Shown here one piece after another: positions 29,414 through 40,359 of a stretch of DNA of 64,000 nucleotides. The translations under genes were made by a program, and so were the position numbers. Numbering within the stretch: position 1 is the first letter of the stretch; each line of letters begins with the position of its first letter. The stretch comes from a bacterium. GTDB taxonomy: Bacteria > Cyanobacteriota > Vampirovibrionia > Gastranaerophilales > JBAXKC01. A model generated the notes under the pieces. The model was not told the origin of the DNA. It searched no databases and was given only the letters and a program-made list of their open reading frames with translations. The stretch lies in contig JBAXKC010000004.1 of NCBI GenBank assembly GCA_037137535.1, positions 49,675-113,674 of the forward strand, given 5' to 3'.

Positions 29414-31240
29414 TTATACTCTTTCTTCTCTAACTTTATCCATAATTGCTTCAAACTCTTTCTCATCAAGGGTTTCTTTCTCTAAAAGAACCTTAACAAT
29501 TGCTTCAACCATATCTTTATTATCTTCAATTATAGTTTTAGCAAATTCATATCTTTCTTCAATTAAAGTTTTTATTTCTTTATCAATTAAAGAAGCGACT
29601 TCTTCTGAAAAGTTTCTATCTGAGCCAAAATCTCTGCCCATAAATACATGTTCATTTTTCTTACCATAAGCAATATGACCAAGTTTATCACTCATACCAA
29701 AGGTTGTAACCATTTTTCTCGCTAGATCAGTTGCTCTTTCAATATCATTTGAAGCACCTGTTGTTATTTCATCAGCACCAAAGAACATTTCTTCCGCAAT
29801 TCTTCCACCAAGAAGCATAGCAATTCTATCTAATAACTGAGATTTTTTATAGGTAAGATGATCTTTTTCAGGTAAGGTCATTGTTACACCCAATGCCATA
29901 CCTCTAGGAATAATCGTAACTTTATGAAGCGGATCACTATTTTTAAGGAATTTTGCTAAAAGAGCATGACCAACTTCGTGATAAGCTGTATTTTCTTTTT
30001 CTTCTTCTGTAATTATTCTACTTTTCTTTTCAGGACCTGCAATAATTTTATCGATAGCATCTTCTAAATCAGGCATTTCAATTTGAGTTTTCTCATGTCT
30101 TGCCGCAAGAAGAGCTGCTTCATTAAGAAGATTTGATAAATCAGCACCAGTAAAGCCAGGGGTTCTTTTTGCAATTGTTTTAATATCAACATCAGGAGCA
30201 AGAGGTTTTCCTTTTGAATGAACCTCAAGAATCTGCTCTCTACCAAGGATGTCAGGCTTATCAATAATAACCTGTCTGTCAAATCTACCCGGTCTTAAAA
30301 GAGCATTATCAAGAATGTCAGGTCTGTTAGTAGCCGCTATTATAATAATACCTGTACTACCGTCAAATCCATCCATTTCAACAAGAAGCTGGTTAAGAGT
30401 CTGTTCTCTTTCGTCATGTCCACCGCCCATTCCTGCGCCTCTTTGTCTGCCTACAGCATCTATTTCATCAATAAATACAATGCTGGAATCATGTTTCTTA
30501 GCCTGTTCAAAAAGGTCTCTAACCCTTGAAGCACCGACACCAACGAACATCTCAACAAAGTCAGAACCACTTATACTGAAGAACGGGACTCCTGCTTCAC
30601 CCGCAACAGCTTTTGCTATAAGTGTTTTACCTGTACCAGGTGAACCTACAAGAAGAACACCTCTAGGAATTTTTGCACCAAGAGCTGTGTATCTTTGCGG
30701 ATTTTTCAAGAAGTCTACAACTTCTTCAAGTTCTTTTTTAGCTTCATCAATACCAGCGACATCAGTAAATTTAACTTTTACATTTTTATCCATAGAAAGT
30801 TTAGCTCTGCTTTTACCAAAGGACATAGCTTGAGAGCCACCACCCTGTACACTTCTAAACATTAAGAACAAGGCAACTACAAGCAACACAGGTAGGAATA
30901 ACGATCCTATAAGCCCCATCCACTGCCATGAATTATTTTGAGCAGTAACTGAAACATCAACCTTATGAGCATCCAGTTTATCCCATAATGTTGGTGTATT
31001 TGACGGCATATAGACTTTATAAGCCTTTGGAGCTTTATAATTTGCAAGTACATAATTATCATATACTTTTACGTTTTTAATTTCGTTTTTATTCACCTTT
31101 GATAAAAACTGACTGTAAGAGATTTCTGAGATCGAAGTATCAGCCTTTGACATAAACAAAGTCAAAATAAACAAGCCTCCAATAAGGAGCAAGATAATCA
31201 TCAAGCCTGCTGTTTGATTGTTCTTTTCATTTTTTTGCAT
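29414..31240 (-). CDS. ftsH: ATP-dependent zinc metalloprotease FtsH
   Basis: Two TM helices, [27 protein letters not shown] and HEVGH. Confidence 0.98.
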   Translation of the reverse strand: MQKNEKNNQTAGLMIILLLIGGLFILTLFMSKADTSISEISYSQFLSKVNKNEIKNVKVYDNYVLANYKAPKAYKVYMPSNTPTLWDKLDAHKVDVSVTAQNNSWQWMGLIGSLFLPVLLVVALFLMFRSVQGGGSQAMSFGKSRAKLSMDKNVKVKFTDVAGIDEAKKELEEVVDFLKNPQRYTALGAKIPRGVLLVGSPGTGKTLIAKAVAGEAGVPFFSISGSDFVEMFVGVGASRVRDLFEQAKKHDSSIVFIDEIDAVGRQRGAGMGGGHDEREQTLNQLLVEMDGFDGSTGIIIIAATNRPDILDNALLRPGRFDRQVIIDKPDILGREQILEVHSKGKPLAPDVDIKTIAKRTPGFTGADLSNLLNEAALLAARHEKTQIEMPDLEDAIDKIIAGPEKKSRIITEEEKENTAYHEVGHALLAKFLKNSDPLHKVTIIPRGMALGVTMTLPEKDHLTYKKSQLLDRIAMLLGGRIAEEMFFGADEITTGASNDIERATDLARKMVTTFGMSDKLGHIAYGKKNEHVFMGRDFGSDRNFSEEVASLIDKEIKTLIEERYEFAKTIIEDNKDMVEAIVKVLLEKETLDEKEFEAIMDKVREERV

Positions 31241-31528
31241 TAATTATCCCTCTAATTCTTATTACATATATATTATATTCATCAACATAAAGAATAGATT
31301 TCTAGCATTAATATACATTACAATTTTACTATAATTTTAATTTTTGTAAAAATTTTTTACAAAATAATCAACAAATAACTTCCTAAATGTTTATATAGAG
31401 TAAACTAAAGTCTAAAGATTAATAATATTGGATTATTTACATGATAGCTCCATCGTATTAAGATAGTCATGATAGAATACCAGGAATCGATTATTGACCT
31501 TCCGGACAAAATTTAAGGAGACACTCCA

Positions 31529-32833
31529 TTGAGCGACAAGATTATAATAAGAGGTGGCAGAGAGCTTTCCGGAGAAGTTTGTATAGGCGGAGCTAAAAAT
31601 GCAGTGCTGAAGCTTATGGCAGCTGCCATTCTTTTAGATGACGAATGCATATTACATAATGTTCCCGAACTCACTGACGTAAGAACTATGATTGAGGTTA
31701 TGAACAGTCTGGGCGTAAAAACAGACTACAAACCTGAAACTAAATATCTCAAAATAGATGCAAGCCATATAACAAATTATGAAGCAAATTATGAATTTGT
31801 AAGTAAAATGAGAGCTTCATTCAACGTATTGGGTGCACTTCTTGGAAGATGCAAAGAAGCTAAAGTAGCATTACCTGGTGGTTGCGCTATTGGTGAAAGA
31901 AGAATAGACTTTCATATTAAAGGACTTGAAGCATTAGGTGCTCAAATAAAAATTGAGGGCGGATATGTTATAGCAAAAGCTAAAAAACTTGTGGGTGCAG
32001 AAATTTACCTCGATAGACCGAGTGTGGGAGCAACCGAAAACTTAATGATTGCTGCTGTTCTTGCAGAAGGCTCAACACTTCTTAAAAATGCAGCTCAAGA
32101 ACCTGAAATCGTCGATCTTGCTAACTTCTTGAATGCATTAGGAGCTGATATATCTGGTGCAGGAACATCTGAAATCATTATTAACGGTGTAAAACAAGAA
32201 AATTTAAAATCAATAACTTATACTACAATTCCTGACAGAATTGAAGCAGGTACATATATGGCTGCGGTTGCAGCTACAAGAGGAAAAGTAATAATAAAAA
32301 ATATTTTTCCAAATCAAGTAAGCGCAATGGCAAATAAACTTAGTGCAATGGGCGTAAATATTCACTTATTAGACCCGTTCAGCATAGAAGTAAGCTGTCA
32401 ATCAAGAACTAAAGCTGTTGATGTAGTAACTCAACCCCATCCCGGCTTTCCAACAGATTTACAATCGCCAATTATGGCTGCTTTAACTGTATCCAAAGGA
32501 ATAAGTGTTATCACCGAAAGCATTTATGAAAACAGATTCAGGCAAATAGGCGAATTAAGAAGAATGGGAGCCGATGTTCAACAAGAAGGTTCACATGCAA
32601 TAATAAAAGGTGTAAAATCATTAACAGGAACACAAGTAAGAGCAAGTGACCTTAGAGCAGGAGCTGCATTAATAGTTGCAAGTTTATGTGCTAACGGTAC
32701 TTCTGAAATTCTTGATCTTCATCACATAGATAGAGGTTATGAAAACTTAATTGAAAAATTAACTTCATTAGGTGCAGATGTTCAAAGAGTTCCACTTGAT
32801 GTAAATGATACTCTTACCCCAATTCTTCAATAA
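31529..32833 (+). CDS. murA: UDP-N-acetylglucosamine 1-carboxyvinyltransferase
   Basis: GAKNA, LPGGCAIG, PDRIEAGT, PGFPTDLQ, DLRAGA and HIDRGY. TTG start with AAGGAG RBS. Confidence 0.97.
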   Translation: MSDKIIIRGGRELSGEVCIGGAKNAVLKLMAAAILLDDECILHNVPELTDVRTMIEVMNSLGVKTDYKPETKYLKIDASHITNYEANYEFVSKMRASFNVLGALLGRCKEAKVALPGGCAIGERRIDFHIKGLEALGAQIKIEGGYVIAKAKKLVGAEIYLDRPSVGATENLMIAAVLAEGSTLLKNAAQEPEIVDLANFLNALGADISGAGTSEIIINGVKQENLKSITYTTIPDRIEAGTYMAAVAATRGKVIIKNIFPNQVSAMANKLSAMGVNIHLLDPFSIEVSCQSRTKAVDVVTQPHPGFPTDLQSPIMAALTVSKGISVITESIYENRFRQIGELRRMGADVQQEGSHAIIKGVKSLTGTQVRASDLRAGAALIVASLCANGTSEILDLHHIDRGYENLIEKLTSLGADVQRVPLDVNDTLTPILQ

Positions 32834-32845
32834 CAAAGGGACAAA

Positions 32846-33190
32846 ATGGCAAACTTTAAAAGATGGTACGATCATGATCCTCTATTGATGGAGGTTATGG
32901 ACATATTAGAGAACTATCAGGAAGAACTCAAAGATCAGGCACTTGTTTTTTTAGATAAAATAGAAAAACAAGTCGGAAAAGAGATGATAGATGCTTTTTA
33001 TGCGTCAATAAAACCTCAAATAAAAGGCAACAGATGGTATGATCATGATCCTTTAATTTCTAAAACCATCGAATTACTGAGAGTGGTACCACCTGAAATC
33101 CAAAAAAAAGCCGCTGAAGGCTTCTTGCAAGCACTAAAACAAAAGGGATTAACCCCAGAACTCTTAAATGAAGCCAAAAGTGAAGATTAA
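32846..33190 (+). CDS. Hypothetical protein with a duplicated RWYDHDP motif
   Basis: KRWYDHDPLL and NRWYDHDPLI; likely co-transcribed with murA (12-bp gap). Confidence 0.8.
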   Translation: MANFKRWYDHDPLLMEVMDILENYQEELKDQALVFLDKIEKQVGKEMIDAFYASIKPQIKGNRWYDHDPLISKTIELLRVVPPEIQKKAAEGFLQALKQKGLTPELLNEAKSED

Positions 33191-33235
33191 AACTAAAAAT
33201 GGTATTGATTAATTCAATACCATTTTTAGTTTTAA
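33187..33235. terminator. Long hairpin terminator between convergent genes
   Basis: 22-bp stem TTAAAACTAAAAATGGTATTGA / TCAATACCATTTTTAGTTTTAA; a second hairpin lies at about 33260-33294. Confidence 0.75.
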
Positions 33236-33310
33236 AAGCATAAATAATAAAAAGTTCAAAAAAATGCTGTCAACACTTCGTTAACAGCATTTTTAATATA
33301 ACTCAAATTA

Positions 33311-34756
33311 TTATGCGTTTGTTCTTGTTGAACCAACTTGATGAAGTCTGATGAAATTTGTTCTTCCAACAGCCATTTCAGGTAATCCGCCTGTGATGAT
33401 AATTTTATCACCAGGATTTAACAATTTTTGATCAATAAGCATATCATCTAATTTTTTAAGAAGATCTTCTGTAAAGTTTTTCTCATATTCGATACAGAAA
33501 GGATAAACATCCCAGAAAAGAGCTAATCTTCTGCAAACTTCTTCTCTATCAGTAATTGCGAATATAGGCACAGAAGGTTTAGCTTTTGAAAGCAGTCTAC
33601 CTGTATAACCTGAACGTGTAAATGCAACGATAGCATTAACTTCTACTTCATTTACCATTCTGATTACTGAAGTTGCAATAGCTTGTGAATCTAATTCATA
33701 TATTTCTCTAGCTTTATCAGCATACTGATTTGATTTATAAGCTGTACTTGATTCAATATTTTCAGCAATCATTGACATCATACTTACTGCTTCAACAGGA
33801 TAAGCACCAACAGCAGTTTCAGCTGATAACATTACAGCATCAGAACCGTCAAGAATAGCGTTAGCTACGTCACTTGCTTCAGCTCTTGTAGGAATAGGAC
33901 TTTCGATCATTGACTCAAGCATTTGTGTCGCTGTAATAACCGCTCTTCTTTGAGCATTAGCTTCATCAATAATTCTTTTTTGAACCAGTGGCACTTTTTC
34001 AGGGGAAATTTCGATACCTAAATCGCCTCTAGCAACCATTACGCCTTCAGAAGCAGCAATAATTGAGTTTAAATTTTCTACCGCTTGAGGTTTTTCAATT
34101 TTAGCAATGATAGGAATTTCGCCACCAAAATCATTTATGTATTTCTTAGCAAGAATAATATCATCTCTTGTTCTTACGAAAGAAAGAGCGATATAATCTA
34201 CGTTATTTTCAACACCAAACTTGATGAAAGTTACATCTCTTTCAGTTACAGCTGATAAACTTGCCGTTGTTCCAGGAATGTTTAACCCTTTTCTTGAAGT
34301 TAAAGGTCCGCCATAAATAACTTCAACATCAACTTCACCAGGCCTTACAGCTAAAGCTTTCAAGCCAATTTTGCCGTCATTTAAAAGAACTTTGTCGCCG
34401 GGCTGAACATCATTTGCAATACCTGCGTAATCAACAGGAATTACATTTGGTTCATCAGTTTCAAGCATAGGTTTAATTGTATACTTTTCACCATTAACAA
34501 GATCCATTTGAGCTTTAAGATTTCCAACTCTTATTTTAGGTCCTTGTAAGTCTAATAAGATAGAAACAAAGATATTAAGATCTTTTGAAACTTTTCTTAC
34601 TAACTCAATGTTTCCTTTATGAAACTCAGGTGTACCGTGGGATGTGTTAACTCTAAAAATTCTAACACCCGCTTTAATAAGCTCTGCCATTCTTTCCTCA
34701 GAATTTGAAGCAGGTCCGAGCGTTGCTACAATCTTTGTCTTTATCAGTTTATCCAT
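33311..34756 (-). CDS. pyk: Pyruvate kinase
   Basis: TKIVATLGPA, DLQGPKIR, IIAKIEK, MVARGDLG, ATQMLESM and PTRAEASDVANA. Confidence 0.98.
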   Translation of the reverse strand: MDKLIKTKIVATLGPASNSEERMAELIKAGVRIFRVNTSHGTPEFHKGNIELVRKVSKDLNIFVSILLDLQGPKIRVGNLKAQMDLVNGEKYTIKPMLETDEPNVIPVDYAGIANDVQPGDKVLLNDGKIGLKALAVRPGEVDVEVIYGGPLTSRKGLNIPGTTASLSAVTERDVTFIKFGVENNVDYIALSFVRTRDDIILAKKYINDFGGEIPIIAKIEKPQAVENLNSIIAASEGVMVARGDLGIEISPEKVPLVQKRIIDEANAQRRAVITATQMLESMIESPIPTRAEASDVANAILDGSDAVMLSAETAVGAYPVEAVSMMSMIAENIESSTAYKSNQYADKAREIYELDSQAIATSVIRMVNEVEVNAIVAFTRSGYTGRLLSKAKPSVPIFAITDREEVCRRLALFWDVYPFCIEYEKNFTEDLLKKLDDMLIDQKLLNPGDKIIITGGLPEMAVGRTNFIRLHQVGSTRTNA

Positions 34757-34959
34757 TGTTTTCTCCTTGATATTAACGGAAAATTCTTTTATAACTACCA
34801 GCTGAAGATTAGTTTAAAACAAAAAAACTTCTAATAAAAGAAGTTTATGCTCTTCAAAAATAGAATAAAAAAAAATAGGCTGAGATACAAGCTAATTTTT
34901 TTTAAAATAAAGATTTTACTAAGATTTTAATTAAGCTGTTTTTTTGTTATTAAATAAGT

Positions 34960-36234
34960 ATGGTTATAGCTTTAAATAAAAGGAATTTGCAGATGACAAG
35001 TATCTATGTAATCGAAGTAGAAGGTCACATTATAGACTCTCTAACATTACCAAAAATTATGGATACAATCCTTGATATGGGTGCCAGTTATAACATTGAA
35101 GATATTAAAATAGGCAATAAAAAAGAAGAATCATCATATGCAAGATTATGTATATCTGCTGAAGATGATGAAATAATGTCAAAAATACTTGAAAAAGTAA
35201 CAAAACAGGGCGCAACACTTCTTAAAGAAGAAAATGTTACTTTAGGAGAAAGTGTTAAAGACCAAACAATGCCTGATGCTTTTTATTCCACAACAAACTT
35301 AAAAACTGATATTTTACTTGACGGAGAATGGATAGCTGTTGGTGATACCGCTATGGACTGCGGTATTGTTGTTAATACAGAAAATAAAACTGCGAAATGC
35401 CTTAAACTCAGCCAAATTAAAAAAGGCGATAAAATTGTTTTAGGCTATATGGGGGTTAGAGTTCATCCGCTTAAAAAACATGAAGATAAACAAGTTTTTT
35501 CTTTTATGGGAAGTGAAGTTTCATCAGAAAAACCAAAATCCTTGGTTATCAAGAAGATTGCAAAAAGAATGATCGAAATGAAAAAAAATAACGAAGGAAA
35601 AATTCTTTTTGTACTTGGGCCTGCCGTTGTTCATACAAAATCAAGAGAAGCCTTTTCAAAACTTATTGAACTGGGTTATGTCGACTATATGTTTGCAGGA
35701 AATGCTCTTGCAACACACGATATAGAAGCAGCTTTATATGGAACATCCTTAGGTGTCTCACTTGAAGATGGAACTCCTATCACAGGCGGACATTCACACC
35801 ATTTAAGAGCTATAAATAAGGTCAATCAATGCGGAAGTATTAGAAATGCCGTTGAATCAGGCATAGTAAGCAACGGAATTATGCACACCTGTATTAAAAA
35901 TAATGTTGACTTCGTTTTAGCAGGTTCAATAAGAGATGACGGACCTTTACCGGAAGTTATAAGAAACTCTGTTGAAGCACAATGCGAAATGAAAAAACGT
36001 ATCAACAAAGACGTACAAATGACCATAATGGTTGCGAGCATGTTACATTCAATAGCAGTCGGCAACCTTTTACCTGCATATGTTGAGACCATATGCGTAG
36101 ATATAAACCCTGCAGTTGTAACAAAACTTGCAGATAGAGGCAGCTTCCAAACAATCGGGCTTGTAACCGATATAGAAGCATTTATGAGAGATCTGGCAGA
36201 ATGTATTTCCGAGGAGACGAAAAACAATGCATGA
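34960..36234 (+). CDS. TIGR00300/LOR-SDH-domain protein, ornithine cyclodeaminase-like (C-terminal part of ArgZ/AgrE)
   Basis: GHIIDS, FYSTTN, FSFMGSEVSSEK, GNALATHDIE, LAGSIRDDGPLP and LADRGS. The true start may be 34993. Confidence 0.88.
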   Translation: MVIALNKRNLQMTSIYVIEVEGHIIDSLTLPKIMDTILDMGASYNIEDIKIGNKKEESSYARLCISAEDDEIMSKILEKVTKQGATLLKEENVTLGESVKDQTMPDAFYSTTNLKTDILLDGEWIAVGDTAMDCGIVVNTENKTAKCLKLSQIKKGDKIVLGYMGVRVHPLKKHEDKQVFSFMGSEVSSEKPKSLVIKKIAKRMIEMKKNNEGKILFVLGPAVVHTKSREAFSKLIELGYVDYMFAGNALATHDIEAALYGTSLGVSLEDGTPITGGHSHHLRAINKVNQCGSIRNAVESGIVSNGIMHTCIKNNVDFVLAGSIRDDGPLPEVIRNSVEAQCEMKKRINKDVQMTIMVASMLHSIAVGNLLPAYVETICVDINPAVVTKLADRGSFQTIGLVTDIEAFMRDLAECISEETKNNA

Positions 36235-37024
36235 ACGAATTTTAATGTGCCCTCCGACCTATTTCAGTATTGATTATGCAATCAATCCATGGATGTCGGA
36301 AGAAACAAACTCTGACCTTGAGTTAACAAAAAAACAATGGAACAACCTTAAAAGCACTTTAGAAAGTCTTGGTGCTGAAATTGTAGAAATGGAACCACAG
36401 CCAAATTTACCAGATCTGGTATTTACTGCAAACGCAGCTGTAGTTTATAACAAAATTGCAATAATCAGCCGTTTCAGATTTGAAGAAAGAAGACCTGAAG
36501 AGCAATTCTTTGCTGACTGGTTCAGAAACAATGGATTTATAGTAAGTCTTTTACCTGAAGAAATTTGCTTTGAAGGTGCAGGCGATGCTCTTTTCATTGG
36601 TGATACCCTATTTTCAGGACATGCGCCACGTACAGACATCAACTCACATGCTCATATAGCTAAAATATTTAATATAAATGTTCTGTCTTTAGAGCTTGTA
36701 GACAAGAGATTTTACCATATTGACACATGTTTCTGTCCATTAACAGACGGTTATGTGATTTACTTCCCGGGCGCATTTGATGAATATGGCAACAAAGTTA
36801 TTGAAGCTAATGTACCGCCCGAAAAAAGAATTGCGGTAACAGAAGAGGAAGCCTGTAAATTCAGCTGTAATGCAGTAAGTTTAGGTAAAAACGTTGTAAT
36901 GAATAAAACAACTGACAGACTTAAAAAAGTGCTTGCAGATAAAGGCTTTAACACTCATGAAGTAGATCTTAGCGAATTCCTTAAATCAGGCGGTTCTGCA
37001 AAATGTTTAACTTTAAAAGTCTAA
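36227..37024 (+). CDS. Amidinotransferase / arginine dihydrolase-like protein (N-terminal part of ArgZ/AgrE)
   Basis: ILMCPP, YAINPWM, PDLVFTAN, FEGAGD, FYHIDTCFCPL and EFLKSGGSAKCLTL. Confidence 0.9.
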   Translation: MHERILMCPPTYFSIDYAINPWMSEETNSDLELTKKQWNNLKSTLESLGAEIVEMEPQPNLPDLVFTANAAVVYNKIAIISRFRFEERRPEEQFFADWFRNNGFIVSLLPEEICFEGAGDALFIGDTLFSGHAPRTDINSHAHIAKIFNINVLSLELVDKRFYHIDTCFCPLTDGYVIYFPGAFDEYGNKVIEANVPPEKRIAVTEEEACKFSCNAVSLGKNVVMNKTTDRLKKVLADKGFNTHEVDLSEFLKSGGSAKCLTLKV

Positions 37025-37032
37025 ACAAATAC

Positions 37033-37061
37033 TTGCATTCAAATACCAAATTAAATAAAAT
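37033..37061 (+). promoter_or_regulatory. Sigma-70-type promoter
   Basis: TTGCAT-N17-TAAAAT, immediately before a long hairpin. Confidence 0.55.
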
Positions 37062-37258
37062 AATTTAACGATTAATGTAAAAAGCCTTTTGTTTACCAAC
37101 TCCATTTATGCAAAGGGCTTTTACATAATCGGTAAAGAAAAGTAAACAAATCTCAATCAAATCAAAAGATAACGCAATTATATCGTTTAATATTTTTTAG
37201 TTAACATGTTTTTAAAATTCCAGCGTGTAGAATCATTAGAAGGCAGAAATCTTATTTA

Positions 37259-39112
37259 ATGGATATTGGTATTTTTAGACCCATAAATAAAGTTCTTATA
37301 GATAGAAAAAGTGATTTAAATAAAGCTATTGATAATGGCGTTATTAAAAAAAGCGTCAGTCAACTTGCTGATTCCAAAGCCATTTTGCCTGTTCTTCTAC
37401 TTGAAGGAACAGTAATTTTAGGGAGATGCTCACAGGCAAAAAAAAGAGACGAGCTTGAATTTAAAGAGCGCTTCAGAGAAGAGCTTTTAACCTCTGCTAC
37501 ATGGTTATTCGGGGTTGATGCCTTCAATAAATCCTTTGATTATGCTCTTAAAAAAATACTTAAACTTGATACCAGCGCAGATATTTTTAAAGATGATGTT
37601 CTTAAAAGATTTACTAAAGGTCGCTCTGAGGCTTTCAAAAATACTCTTATCGGTGCAAAATTTACAAAAGTTGCAATAAGTACGGCAGCTACTATTTATA
37701 TAATTGGCTCATTAATTCCAAAACTTAATCAATCTTTAACCCAAAAAGACATTGCAAAAGCAAAAGCCAAACTGGCTCAGTCAAACGCAGGTAAAACCAT
37801 GAATTTACCTGCAAATTCGCTTATAAATGGGTTGCCTAATAATCATCTTAATCAAAAATTAGCTAATTTTGGAACTCCAACATTCAGAAATAACAATACT
37901 AAACCTGCGACATTAATATCAAATCAGCCTCAAAAAACACCTGTTTCTTTTAAAGGTAATTTCTTAAATCTTGTTAACACAGTAGGATTTAACATGGAGT
38001 CTAATCCATGGTTTAAACTTTGGACTGGAGATGCGGGAGTTTCAGGCGGAAGAGCAATTCATGCCCGAAATAAAGACGAAAGAACAGAAATTCTTTTCCG
38101 AGATGTAGGGTCAATTTTCTTCTACATGTTCTCAACCTCTATGACAATAAATGCACTTTCAAAAATGTTTGATCCAAGACTTGGAATTTATAGCGAGATT
38201 AACCCTAGTCTTGTGACACATTTAAATGAAAGTATTCTTCAACATTCTAAAATTATGGATAAAGCTAAAAGCGAAAAGGGTATTAATTATACTGAATTTG
38301 AACATGCCTTATCAGGAAGAACAATAAGAGCTCAAAATGAAAGCTTACTTGGCGGAACAATAGAACCTGCTGTAAAAAATGAAATTAATGAAGCAATAGC
38401 ACTAAGACAACAACTAAAAGCTCAATCAAACTTATCAGATGAAATAAGGGTAATAGCTAACAAACTGCAAGAAAAAGGTCAATCTACAGAAGAAGGTCTA
38501 TGTAAACAAGCTTCTGCTTTGGCTGATGAATTATTCAAAAACTCAAGGCTTGGTATAGTAGATGAAAGAGTTAATAATGTTGAACAATTAATAACTCACT
38601 TAAAGTCAAAATTCTCTGACGTAATGGATACTAAAATTATCCAAGATATAACAGATGCAGCAAAAACAGCTACCGTTAAACTTTCCGATGCCGAACACAA
38701 TGCAGCTCTTAAAGGCGGTTTAATAAATAATCCTGAATTTATGGGCGAAGCCTGCAAAATTGCATTTGGTCCGACATGGAGCGACAAAGTTATTAATTTC
38801 ATTGATCCAAAACGTCATATAGAAGCAAGTGATATTGAAGCGGTAAGTGAACATATTGATAAATATACAGAAAAACTTCTTGCTCATGTAAAAAAAGAAA
38901 TTGGCGACAAAACAATTGATGATATAAAACTTAGTGAAATAATCACAGGCTTTAAGAATAAAACAGCTCTTACAAAAATAGCCTACTCTGCTTGTGGATT
39001 TGCGGTTTCTGCTTTATTCTTATCAACATTAATACCAAAATGGCAACAAATGATTACAAAAATGAGAACAGGCAGCGATAAATTCCCTGGAACTAAGGAC
39101 ATGCAAGCGTGA
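37259..39112 (+). CDS. Hypothetical membrane-associated protein with internal two-fold similarity
   Basis: 617 aa with several hydrophobic segments; TKVA....LIPKLNQ.LT recurs as TKIA....LIPKWQQMIT; internal VSFKGN. Confidence 0.8.
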   Translation: MDIGIFRPINKVLIDRKSDLNKAIDNGVIKKSVSQLADSKAILPVLLLEGTVILGRCSQAKKRDELEFKERFREELLTSATWLFGVDAFNKSFDYALKKILKLDTSADIFKDDVLKRFTKGRSEAFKNTLIGAKFTKVAISTAATIYIIGSLIPKLNQSLTQKDIAKAKAKLAQSNAGKTMNLPANSLINGLPNNHLNQKLANFGTPTFRNNNTKPATLISNQPQKTPVSFKGNFLNLVNTVGFNMESNPWFKLWTGDAGVSGGRAIHARNKDERTEILFRDVGSIFFYMFSTSMTINALSKMFDPRLGIYSEINPSLVTHLNESILQHSKIMDKAKSEKGINYTEFEHALSGRTIRAQNESLLGGTIEPAVKNEINEAIALRQQLKAQSNLSDEIRVIANKLQEKGQSTEEGLCKQASALADELFKNSRLGIVDERVNNVEQLITHLKSKFSDVMDTKIIQDITDAAKTATVKLSDAEHNAALKGGLINNPEFMGEACKIAFGPTWSDKVINFIDPKRHIEASDIEAVSEHIDKYTEKLLAHVKKEIGDKTIDDIKLSEIITGFKNKTALTKIAYSACGFAVSALFLSTLIPKWQQMITKMRTGSDKFPGTKDMQA

Positions 39113-40359
39113 AACAGCTATTCAAAGCCAAATATATAATTACAAATAGCTCCCGAATTATAAAAGACGGGGCTATTTTAATAGAAAACGGAAAAATCAA
39201 AGAAATAATGGAAGATAGCTGTGATTATCCGCAAAATATAGTATTTGACTTTGGAAACAGCATTATTATGGCTGGGTTTATTAATCTTCATTGTCATTTG
39301 CAATTTACAAACTTAAATAAAACTAAAATTTCTACAAATATCGACTTTAGCGACTGGATAACGATACTAATAAAAGAATATGCAGCTTTTACTCCTGAAG
39401 AAAAAATGAACTCCTTTAAAAAAGGATTAAAACAGGCCCTATTATCTGGAACAACAAGCATTTGTAATATCGGAAGAGAAACAGAATTTATTGAAATACT
39501 TGAAAAAATAGGTATGACATCGGTTTATTTTATTGAAATGTTCTCAAATTCTATGGAAACAAGCAAAAGTGTATTTCAAAATTTTCAAGAAATCATTAAA
39601 ACCTACCAATCTGAAAATATAAAAATAGGAGCTTCTCCTCACTCCATCTATAATACTCATAAGCATTTATGGGACGAATTAAACAATTATTGCTCTAACA
39701 ACAATATTCCGCTGCAAACACACCTTGCAGAAAGCGTTGACGAAAATAAATGGGTAAATCATTGCGAATCGGGAATAGATAAAATCCATGATTTAGTCGG
39801 ATGGGAAGAGTTTGAAACTCAAATTAATGCTAAAACTCCGATAGACTATCTTTTACAGCTAAACAGCCCACAAATTTTAAAAGATAGTCTTATTCTTGCT
39901 CATCTAAATCAGACAGAATTCATTGAGTTAAAGACATTAGACTATTTTGACATAAATATCGCTCATTGTCCCAGAAGTAATAAAATACTCCATAATAAGA
40001 CTTTAGACCTAAAAGAGCTTTTAAATTCAGACTTATTCAAAAACAGAATAGGCTTAGGCACAGACAGTCTTTTCAGCAATGAAGATTTAAGTATTTTTAA
40101 TGAAGCAAAATATGCTCATAATCTACATAATCTTAATTTTGAACAATTTCTTGAACTATTAACCTCTAATGCTGCAAATATTTTAAAACTAAACAATAAA
40201 ATCGGTTCTTTGGAGATTGGAAAACAGGCAGATTTTGTTATATTTAACTTAGAAGAGAATCAAAACTATACTGATATACTAAAGAAAGATGCACCTGATT
40301 TTGTATTTTTAAATGGGCAAAAAGTTATTGATAACGGAGTTTTAACAATTGATATCTAA
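39109..40359 (+). CDS. Metal-dependent amidohydrolase (SsnA/MtaD-like)
   Basis: GFINLHCHL, SPHSIY, THLAES, HCPRSN, LGTDS and GSLEIGKQAD. Confidence 0.9.
   Translation: MKQLFKAKYIITNSSRIIKDGAILIENGKIKEIMEDSCDYPQNIVFDFGNSIIMAGFINLHCHLQFTNLNKTKISTNIDFSDWITILIKEYAAFTPEEKMNSFKKGLKQALLSGTTSICNIGRETEFIEILEKIGMTSVYFIEMFSNSMETSKSVFQNFQEIIKTYQSENIKIGASPHSIYNTHKHLWDELNNYCSNNNIPLQTHLAESVDENKWVNHCESGIDKIHDLVGWEEFETQINAKTPIDYLLQLNSPQILKDSLILAHLNQTEFIELKTLDYFDINIAHCPRSNKILHNKTLDLKELLNSDLFKNRIGLGTDSLFSNEDLSIFNEAKYAHNLHNLNFEQFLELLTSNAANILKLNNKIGSLEIGKQADFVIFNLEENQNYTDILKKDAPDFVFLNGQKVIDNGVLTIDI

Noticed and set aside
30249-30833. 194-aa ORF antisense to ftsH, and similar shadow ORFs (26020-26466, 35826-36227, 50492-50839, 53834-54220 and others)
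   Set aside because: They lie within or almost entirely within confident genes on the opposite strand and are explained by codon bias; no independent family motifs.
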